From Eledone cirrhosa (Eukaryota): a stretch of DNA of 64,000 nucleotides. Numbering within the stretch: position 1 is the first letter of the stretch; each line of letters begins with the position of its first letter. Positions 54,201-64,000 of the stretch are shown piece by piece. The position numbers and the translations under genes are program-made. The notes beneath the pieces were generated by a model, which saw only the letters and a program-made list of their open reading frames with translations, was not told the origin of the DNA and ran no database searches. The stretch spans positions 164,920,001 through 164,984,000 of the forward strand of contig OZ024742.1 in the NCBI GenBank assembly GCA_964016885.1, in the 5' to 3' direction.

Positions 54201-57200
54201 TTGGACGGCTGGAAATTATCTCCCCTTGATTTTTTTTACAAATTATCTCCCCGATTTTTTTTTACAAATTATCTCCCCCTGATTTTTTTTTACAAATTAT
54301 CTCCCCCTGATTTTTTTTACAAATTATCTCCCCCTGATATTTTTTACAAATTATCTCCCCCTGATTTTTTAACAAATTATCTCCCCTTGGCTGGCTGGAA
54401 ATTATCTCCCCTTGGAGGCTGGAATTTATCTCCCCTTGGACGGCTAGAAATTACCTCGCCTTGGACGGCTGGAAAATATGTCTCCTTGGACGGCTGGAAA
54501 TTATCTCCCCTTGGACGGCTGGAAATTATCTCCCCTTGGACGGCTGGAAATTATCTCCCTTTGGACGGCTAGATATTACCTCCCCTTGGACGGCTGGAAA
54601 TTATCTCCCCTTGATTTTTTTTACAAATTATCTCCCCCTGATTTTTTTTTACAAATTATCTCCCCCTGATTTTTTTTTACGAATTATCTCCCCCTGATTT
54701 TTTTTTACAAATTATCTCCGCCTGATTTTTTTTTTAAAATTATCTCCCCTTGAACGGCTGGAAATTATCTCCCCTTGGACGGCTGGAAATTATCTCCCCT
54801 TGGACGGCTAGAAATTACCTCTCCTTGGACGGCTGAAAATTATCTCCCCTTGGACGGCTGCAAATTATCTCCCCTTGATTTTTTAACAAATTATCTCCCC
54901 CTGATTTTTTTTTACAAATTACCTCCCCCTGATTTTTTTTTACAAATTATCTCCCCGTGATTTTTTTACAAATTATCTCCCCCTGATTTTTTTTACAATC
55001 TCCGCCTGATTTTTTTAAAAATTATCTTCCCTTGGCTGGCGGGAAATTATCTCCCCTTGGACGGCTGGAAATTATATCCCCTTGGAAGGATGGAAATTAT
55101 CTCCCCTTGGACGGCTGGAAATTATCTCCCCTTGGACGGCTGGAAATTATCTCCCCTTGGACAGCTGGAAATTATCTGCCCTTGATTTTGTATTTACAAA
55201 TTATCTCCCCCTGATTTTTTTTACAAATTATCTCCACCTGATTTTTTAAAAAATTATCTCCCCTTGGACGGCTGGAAATTATCTCCCCTTGATTTTTTAC
55301 AAATTATCTCCCCCTGATTTTTTTTACAAATTATCTCCCCCTGATTTTTTGTTACAAATTATCTCCCCCTGATTTTTTTACAAATTATCTCCCCCTGATT
55401 TTTTTTACAAATTATCTCCGCCTGATTTTTTTAAATATTATCTTCCCTTGGCTGGCGGGAAATTATCTCCCCTTGGACGGCTGAAAATTATCTCCCCTTG
55501 GACGGCTGGAAATTATCTCCCCTTGATTTTTTTACAAATTATCTCCCCCTGATTTTTTTTTACAAATTATCTCCCCCTGATTTTTTTTACAAATTATCTC
55601 CCCCTGATTTTTTTTTACAAATTATCTCCCCCTGATTTTTTTTTACAAATTATCTCCCCCTGATTTTTTTACAAATTATCTCCCCTTGGCTGGCTGGAAA
55701 TTATCTCCCCTTGGAGGCTGGAATTTATCTCCCCTTGGACGGCTAGAAATTACCTCTCCTTGGACGGCTGGAAAATATGTCTCCTTGGACGGCTGGATAT
55801 TATCTACCCTTGGACGGCTGGAAATTATCTCCCCTTGGACGGCTGGAAATTATCTCCCCTTGGACGGCTAGATATTACCTCCCCTTGGACGGCTGGAAAT
55901 TATCTCCCCTTGATTTTTTTTACAAATTATCTCCCCCTGATTTTTTTTTACGAATTATCTCCCCCTGATTTTTTTTTACAAATTATCTCCGCCTGATTTT
56001 TTTTTAAAATTATCTCCCCTTGAACGGCTGGAAATTATCTCCCCTTGGACGGCTGGAAATTATCTCCCCTTGGACGGCTAGAAATTACCTCTCCTTGGAC
56101 GGCTGAAAATTATCTCCCCTTGGACGGCTGCAAATTATCTCCCCTTGATTTTTTTAACAAATTATCTCCCCCTGATTTTTTTTTACAAATTATCTCCCCC
56201 TGATTTTTTTTTACAAATTATCTACGCCTAATTTTTTTTACAAATTATCTCCCCCTGATTTTTTTTACAAATTATCTCCCCCTGATTTTTTTTACAAATT
56301 ATCTCCCCCTGATTTTTTTTTACAAATTATCTCCCCCTGATTTTTTTACAAATTATCTCCCCCCTGATTTTTTTTACAATCTCCGCCTGATTTTTTTAAA
56401 AATTATCTTCCCTTGGCTGGCAGGAAATTATCTCCCCTTGGACGGCTGAAAATTATCTCCCCTTGGACGGCTGGAAATTATCTCCCCTTGATTTTTTTTA
56501 CAAATTATCTCCCCCTGATTTTTTTTTACAAATTATCTCCCCCTGATTTTTTTTACAAATTATCTCCCCCTGATTTTTTTTTACAAATTATCTGCCCCTG
56601 ATTTTTTTTACAAATTATCTCCCCCTGATTTTTTTACAAATTATCTCCCCTTGGCTGGCTGGAAATTATCTCCCCTTGGAGGCTGGAATTTATCTCCCCT
56701 TGGACGGCTAGAAATTACCTCTCCTTGGACGGCTGGAAAATATTTCTCCTTGGACGGCTGGATATTATCTACCCTTGGACGGGTGGAAATTATCTCCCCT
56801 TGGACGGCTGGAAATTATCTCCCCTTGGACGGCTAGATATTACCTCCCCTTGGACGGCTGGAAATTATCTACCCTTGATTTTTTTTACAAATTATCTCCC
56901 CCTGATTTTTTTTACAAATTATCTCCACCTGATTTTTTTACAAATTATCTCCCCCTGATTTTTTTTACAAATTATCTCCCCCTGATTTTTTTTTTACAAA
57001 TTATCTCCCCCTGATTTTTTTACAAATTATCTCCCCCTGATTTTTTTTACAAATTATCTCCGCCTGATTTTTTTAAATATTATCTTCCCTTGGCTGGCGG
57101 GAAATTATCTCCCCTTGGACGGCTGAAAATTATCTCCCCTTGGACGGCTGGAAATTATCTCCCCTTGATTTTTTTTACAAATTATCTCCCCCTGATTATT

Positions 57201-60200
57201 TTTTACAAATTATCTTTCCCTGATTTTTTTTTACAAATTATCTCCCCCTGATTTTTTATACAAATTATCTCCCCCTGATTTTTTTACAAATTATCTCCCC
57301 TTGGCTGGCTGGAAATTATCTCCCCTTGGAGGCTGGAATTTATCTCCCCTTGGACGGCTGGAAATTATCTCTCCTTGGACGGCTAGTAATTACCTCTCCT
57401 TGGACGGCTGGAAAATATGTCTCGTTGGAGGGCTGGAAATTATCTCCCCTTGGACGGCTGGAAATTATCTCCCCTTGGACGGCTGGAAATTATCTCTCCT
57501 TGGACGGCTAGAAATTACCTCTCCTTGGACGGCTGAAAATTATCTCCCCTTGGACGGCTAGATATTACCTCCCCTTGGACGGCTGGAAATTATCTCCCCT
57601 TGATTTTTTTTACAAATTATCTCCCCCTGATTTTTTTTACAAATTATCTCCACCTGATTTTTTTACAAATTATCTCCCCCTGATTTTTTTTACAAATTAT
57701 CTCCGCCTAATTTTTTTAAATATTATCTTCCCTTGGCTGGCGGGAAATTATCTCCCCTTGGACGGCTGAAAATTATCTCCCCTTGGACGGCTGGAAATTA
57801 TCTCCCCTTGATTTTTTTTACAAATTATCTCCCCCTGATTTTTTTTTACAAATTATCTCCCCCTGATTTTTTTTTACAAATTATCTCCCCCTGATTTTTT
57901 TTTACAAATTATCTCCCCCTGATTTTTTTTACAAATTATCTCCCCTTGGCTGGCTGGAAATTATCTCCCCTTGGAGGCTGGAATTTATCTCCCCTTGGAC
58001 GGCTAGAAATTACCTCTCCTTGGACGGCTGGAAAATATGTCCTTGGACGGCTGGATATTATCTACCCTTGGACGGCTGGAAATTATCTCCCCTTGGACGG
58101 CTGGAAATTATCTCCCCTTGGAGGCTGGAATTTATCTCCCCTTGGACGGCTAGAAATTACCTCTCCTTGGACGGCTGGAAAATATGTCCTTGGACGGCTG
58201 GATATTACCTCCCCTTGGACGGCTGGAAATTATCTCCCCTTGATTTTTTTTACAAATAATCTCCCCCTGATTTTTTTTACAAATCTAATGATTTTTTAAA
58301 AAAAATTATCTCCCCTTCGCTGGCTGGAAATTATCTCCCCTTCGCTGGCTGGAAATTATCTCCCCTTGGACGCTGGAAATTATAGCCCCTTGGAGGGCTG
58401 GAAATTATCTTCCCTTGGACGGCTGGAAATTATCTCCCCTTGGCTCGAAATTATCTCCCCTTGGACGGCTAGAAATTATCTCTCTTTGGACGGCTGGAAA
58501 TTATCTCCCTTTGATTTTTTTTACAAATTATCTCCCCCTGATTTTTTTTACAAATCTCCCCCTGATTTTTTAAAAAAAATTATCTCCCCTTCGCTGTCTG
58601 GAAATTATCTCCCCTTGGACACTGGAAATTATAGCCCCTTGGAGGGCTGGAAATTATCTTCCCTTGGACGGCTGGAAATTATCTCTGCTTGATTTTTTTT
58701 ACAAATTATCTCCCCCTGATTTTTTTTTACAAATTATCCCCCCCGATTTTTTTTACAAATTATCTCCCCCTGATTTTTTTTACAAATTATCTCCCCTTGG
58801 ACGGCTGGAAATTATCTCCCCTTGGACGGCTGGAAATTATCTCCCCTTGGACGGCTAGAAATTACCTCTCCTTGGACGACTGAAAATTATCTCCCCTTGG
58901 ACGGCTGCAAATTATCTCCCCTTGATTTTTTTTACAAATTATCTCCGCCTGATTTTTTTTTTAAAATTATCTCCCCTTGGACGGCTGGAAATTACCTCCC
59001 CTTGGACGGCTGGAAATTATCTCCCCTTGGACGGCTAGAAATTACCTCTCATTGGACGGCTGAAAATTATCTCCCCTTGGACGGCTGGAAATTATCTCCC
59101 CTTGATTTTTTTTTACAAATTATCTCCCCCTGATTTTTTTTTACAAATTATCTCCCCCTGATTTTTTTTTTACAAATTATCTCCGCCTGATTTTTTTTTA
59201 AAATTATCTCTCCTTGGACGGCTGGATATTATCTCCCCTTTCATTTTTTTTACAAATTATCTCCCCCTGATTTTTTTTTACAAATTATCTCCCCCTGATT
59301 TTTTTTTACAAATTATCTACCCCTAATTTTTTTTTACAAATTATCTCCCCCTGATTTTTTTACAAATTATCTCCCCCTGATTTTTTTTACAAATTATCTC
59401 CGCCTGATTTTTTTAAATATTATCTTCTCTTGGCTGGCGGGAAATTATCTCCCCTTGGACGGCTGAAAATTATCTCCCCTTGGACGGCTGGAAATTATCT
59501 CCCCTTGATTTTTTTTACAAATTATCTCCCCCTGATTTTTTTTTACAAATTATCTCCCCCTGATTTTTTTTACAAATTATCTCCCCCTGATTTTTTTTTA
59601 CAAATTATCTCCCCCTGATTTTTTTTACAAATTATCTCCCCCTGATTTTTTTACAAATTATCTCCCCTTGGCTGGCTGGAAATTATCTCCCCTTGGAGGC
59701 TGGAATTTATCTCCCCTTGGACGGCTAGAAATTACCTCTCCTTGGACGGCTGGAAAATATGTCCTTGGACGGCTGGATATTATCTACCCTTGGACGGCTG
59801 GAAATTATCTCCCCTTGGACGGCTGGAAATTATCTCCCCTTGGACGGCTAGATATTACCTCCCCTTGGACGGCTGGAAATTATCTCCCCTTGATTTTTTT
59901 TACAAATTATCCCCCCCTGATTTTTTTTTACAAATTATCTCCCCCTGATTTTTTTTTACAAATTATCTACCCCTGATTTTTTTTTACAAATTATCTCCCC
60001 CTGATTTTTTTTACAAATTATCTCTCCCTGATTTTTTTTTACAAATTATCTCCCCCTGATTTTTTTTTACAAATTATCTACCCCTGATTTTTTTTTACAA
60101 ATTATCTCCCCCTGATTTTTTTTACAAATTATCTCCCCCTGATTTTTTTTACAAATTATCTCCCCCTGATTTTTTTACAAATTATCTCCCCCCGATTTTT

Positions 60201-61370
60201 TTTACAAATTATCTCCGCCTAATTTTTTTAAATATTTTCTTCCCTTGGCTGGCGGGAAATTATCTCCCCTTGGACGGCTGAAAATTATCTCCCCTTGGAC
60301 GGCTGGAAATTATCTCCCCTTGATTTTTTTACAAATTATCTCCCCCTGATTATTTTTTACAAATTATCTCCCCCTGATTTTTTTTTACAAATTATCTCCC
60401 TCTGATTTTTTTTACAAATTATCTCCCCTTGGCTGGCTGGAAATTATCTCCCCTTGGAGGCTGGAATTTATCTCCACTTGGACGGTTAGAAATTACCTCT
60501 CCTTGGACTGCTGGAAAATATGTCTCCTTGGACGGCTGGAAATTATCTCCCCTTGGACGGCTGGAAATTATCTCCCCTTGGACGGCTGGAAATTATCTCT
60601 CCTCGGACGACTAGAAATTACCTCTCCTTGGACAGCTGAAAATTATCTCCCCTTGGACGGCTGGAAATTATCTCCCCTTGATTTTTTTTACAAATTATCT
60701 CCCCGATTTTTTTTTACAAATTATCTCCCCCTGATTTTTTTTTACAAATTATCTCCCCCTGATTTTTTTTACAAATTATCTCCCCCTGATATTTTTTACA
60801 AATTATCTCCCCCTGATTTTTTAACAAATTATCTCCCCTTGGCTGGCTGGAAATTATCTCCCCTTGGAGGCTGGAATTTATCTCCCCTTGGACGGCTAGA
60901 AATTACCTCGCCTTGGACGGCTGGAAAATATGTCTCCTTGGACGGCTGGAAATTATCTCCCCTTGGACGGCTGGAAATTATCTCCCCTTGGACGGCTGGA
61001 AATTATCTCCCTTTGGACGGCTAGATATTACCTCCCCTTGGACGGCTGGAAATTATCTCCCCTTGATTTTTTTTACAAATTATCTCCCCCTGATTTTTTT
61101 TTACAAATTATCTCCCCCTGATTTTTTTTTACGAATTATCTCCCCCTGATTTTTTTTTACAAATTATCTCCGCCTGATTTTTTTTTTAAAATTATCTCCC
61201 CTTGAACGGCTGGAAATTATCTCCCCTTGGACGGCTGGAAATTATCTCCCCTTGGACGGCTAGAAATTACCTCTCCTTGGACGGCTGAAAATTATCTCCC
61301 CTTGGACGGCTGCAAATTATCTCCCCTTGATTTTTTAACAAATTATCTCCCCCTGATTTTTTTTTACAAA
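48290..61370 (+). repeat. Higher-order tandem repeat, 6452-bp unit, 2 copies
   Basis: Constant offset 6452 for ORF pairs 48323/54775, 49234/55686, 49961/56413, 50849/57301, 51914/58366, 53216/59668, 54051/60503 and 54775/61227. Confidence 0.95.
51800..52245 (+). repeat. Diverged monomer patch (second copy at ~58252-58697)
   Basis: Dense cluster of unusual units: AAATCTAATGA, TTCGCTGGCTGG twice, GGACGCTGG, TTATAGCCCC, TTGGCTCGAAA, TTCGCTGTCTGG and GGACACTGG. Confidence 0.85.
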
Positions 61371-62099
61371 TTATCTCCCCCTGATTTTTTTTTACAAATT
61401 ATCTCCCCCTGATTTTTTTTTACAAATTATCTCCCCCTGATTTTTTTTACAATCTCCGCCTGATTTTTTAAAAAATTATCTTCCCTTGGCTGGCGGGAAA
61501 TTATCTCCCCTTGGACGGCTGGAAATTATCTCCCCTTGATTTTTTTACAAATTATCTCCCCCTGATTTTTTTTACAAATTATCTCCCCCTGATTTTATGT
61601 TACAAATTATCTCCCCCTGATTTTTTTACAAATTATCTCCCCCTGATTTTTTTTACAAATTATCTCCGCCTGATTTTTTTAAATATTATCTTCCCTTGGC
61701 TGGCGGGAAATTATCTCCCCTTGGACGGCTGGAAATTATCTCCCCTTGATTTTTTTTACAAATTATCTCCCCCTGATTTTTTTTTACAAATTATCTCCCC
61801 CTGATTTTTTTTTACAAATTATCTCCCCCTGATTTTTTTTTACAAATTATCTCCCCCTGATTTTTTTTTACAAATCTCCCCCTGATTTTTTTATAAATTA
61901 TCTCCCCTTGGCTGGCTGGAAATTATCTCCCCTTGGAGGCTGGAATTTATCTCCCCTTGGACGGCTAGAAATTACCTCTCCTTGGATGGCTGGAAAATAT
62001 GTCTCCTTGGACGGCTGGATATTATCTACCCTTGGACGGCTGGAAATTATCTCCCCTTGGACGGCTGGAAATTATCTCCCCTTGGACGGCTAGATATTA

Positions 62100-64000
62100 C
62101 CTCCCCTTGGACGGCTGGAAATTATCTCCCCTTGATTTTTTTTACAAATTATCTCCCCCTGATTTTTTTTTACGAATTATCTCCCCCTGATTTTTTTTTA
62201 CAAATTATCTCCGCCTGATTTTTTTTTAAAATTATCTCCCCTTGAACGGCTGGAAATTATCTCCCCTTGGACGGCTGGAAATTATCTCCCCATGGACGGC
62301 TAGAAATTACCTCTCCTTGGACGGCTGAAAATTATCTCCCCTTGGACGGCTGCAAATTATCTCCCCTTGATTTTTTTAACAAATTATCTCCCCCTGATTT
62401 TTTTTTACAAATTATCTCCCCCTGATTTTTTTTTACAAATTATCTACGCCTAATTTTTTTTACAAATTATCTCCCCCTGATTTTTTTTACAAATTATCTC
62501 CCCCTGATTTTTTTTACAAATTATCTCCCCCTGATTTTTTTTTACAAATTATCTCCCCCTGATTTTTTTACAAATTATCTCCCCCCTGATTTTTTTTACA
62601 ATCTCCGCCTGATTTTTTTAAAAATTATCTTCCCTTGGCTGGCAGGAAATTATCTCCCCTTGGACGGCTGAAAATTATCTCCCCTTGGACGGCTGGAAAT
62701 TATCTCCCCTTGATTTTTTTTACAAATTATCTCCCCCTGATTTTTTTTTACAAATTATCTCCCCCTGATTTTTTTTACAAATTATCTCCCCCTGATTTTT
62801 TTTTACAAATTATCTGCCCCTGATTTTTTTTACAAATTATCTCCCCCTGATTTTTTTACAAATTATCTCCCCTTGGCTGGCTGGAAATTATCTCCCCTTG
62901 GAGGCTGGAATTTATCTCCCCTTGGACGGCTAGAAATTACCTCTCCTTGGACGGCTGGAAAATATTTCTCCTTGGACGGCTGGATATTATCTACCCTTGG
63001 ACGGGTGGAAATTATCTCCCCTTGGACGGCTGGAAATTATCTCCCCTTGGACGGCTAGATATTACCTCCCCTTGGACGGCTGGAAATTATCTACCCTTGA
63101 TTTTTTTTACAAATTATCTCCCCCTGATTTTTTTTACAAATTATCTCCACCTGATTTTTTTACAAATTATCTCCCCCTGATTTTTTTTACAAATTATCTC
63201 CCCCTGATTTTTTTTTTACAAATTATCTCCCCCTGATTTTTTTACAAATTATCTCCCCCTGATTTTTTTTACAAATTATCTCCGCCTGATTTTTTTAAAT
63301 ATTATCTTCCCTTGGCTGGCGGGAAATTATCTCCCCTTGGACGGCTGAAAATTATCTCCCCTTGGACGGCTGGAAATTATCTCCCCTTGATTTTTTTTAC
63401 AAATTATCTCCCCCTGATTATTTTTTACAAATTATCTTTCCCTGATTTTTTTTTACAAATTATCTCCCCCTGATTTTTTATACAAATTATCTCCCCCTGA
63501 TTTTTTTACAAATTATCTCCCCTTGGCTGGCTGGAAATTATCTCCCCTTGGAGGCTGGAATTTATCTCCCCTTGGACGGCTGGAAATTATCTCTCCTTGG
63601 ACGGCTAGTAATTACCTCTCCTTGGACGGCTGGAAAATATGTCTCGTTGGAGGGCTGGAAATTATCTCCCCTTGGACGGCTGGAAATTATCTCCCCTTGG
63701 ACGGCTGGAAATTATCTCTCCTTGGACGGCTAGAAATTACCTCTCCTTGGACGGCTGAAAATTATCTCCCCTTGGACGGCTAGATATTACCTCCCCTTGG
63801 ACGGCTGGAAATTATCTCCCCTTGATTTTTTTTACAAATTATCTCCCCCTGATTTTTTTTACAAATTATCTCCACCTGATTTTTTTACAAATTATCTCCC
63901 CCTGATTTTTTTTACAAATTATCTCCGCCTAATTTTTTTAAATATTATCTTCCCTTGGCTGGCGGGAAATTATCTCCCCTTGGACGGCTGAAAATTATCT
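62100..64000 (+). repeat. Partial third copy of the 6.45-kb unit (offset 6222), truncated by the window end
   Basis: ORF pairs 56413/62635, 56651/62873, 57301/63523 and 57575/63797. Shared private variants: GGCAGGAAA, GACGGGTGG, CTAGTAATT. Confidence 0.9.

Larger units (their letters stand above)
1..64000. repeat. Complex tandem satellite array of two interleaved monomers (A, 25 bp; B, ~26-29 bp) sharing the core AAATTATCTCCCC(C/T)TG; runs off both window ends
   Basis: Every line consists of AAATTATCTCCCCTTGGACGGCTGG or AAATTATCTCCCCCTGA(T)nAC units or close variants, all head-to-tail in the same orientation. No unique insert was seen. Confidence 0.99.

Noticed and set aside
77-63991. Numerous + strand ORFs of 60-173 aa (LDGWKLSPLGRLEIISPWTAGNYLP / DFFYKLSPP repeats)
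   Set aside because: The 25-bp A consensus has no + strand stop codon, so any A run is open in all three frames and yields the same 25-aa cycle. The ORFs overlap in different frames, mostly start at TTG, and are frameshifted by T-tract length. There is no coding signal or recognisable domain.
1-64000. CRISPR-like repeat/spacer pattern (constant core plus variable arm)
   Set aside because: The arms are only about 9-13 bp and of two recurring types rather than unique spacers. The core is too short and not palindromic, and there are no cas genes or leader.
1-64000. Telomerase-type long telomeric repeat (budding yeasts have units up to ~25 bp)
   Set aside because: It does not resemble the yeast telomere units I know. 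Two monomer types, inherited variants and multi-kb duplications indicate recombinational rather than templated synthesis. A subtelomeric location is not excluded.
1-64000. Whole array as a sequencing or synthetic artefact
   Set aside because: Hierarchically shared variants, whole-monomer indels and layered divergence look like genuine satellite evolution. Individual large duplications still need read-level validation.

Overview
The whole 64 kb window is one uninterrupted, single-orientation complex satellite array, most likely eukaryotic heterochromatin; the organism cannot be told from the sequence. I found no unique sequence, gene, RNA gene, transposon or CRISPR array. Two monomers share a core, AAATTATCTCCCC(C/T)TG. 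Monomer A is 25 bp and GC-richer (AAATTATCTCCCCTTGGACGGCTGG). Monomer B is about 26-29 bp with a poly-T arm (AAATTATCTCCCCCTGA-T7-10-AC). There are roughly 2,400 monomers (64,000/~26), alternating in short A-blocks and B-blocks. A small set of stereotyped A-block 'words' recurs, each with its own junction variants. On top of this sit nested duplications with offsets of about 0.45, 1.2, 1.6, 2.0, 3.35, 4.7/8.1 and 6.45 kb, plus a ~15.6 kb near-identical duplication 32-33.6 kb apart. All ORFs in the track are by-products of the repeat, but their coordinates give exact duplication offsets. The interesting content is structural: the two-letter grammar, the readable duplication/deletion history, and a GATA-type motif in the invariant core. 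No novel coding system is supported. Duplication boundaries are approximate (read by eye); offsets come from the ORF track.
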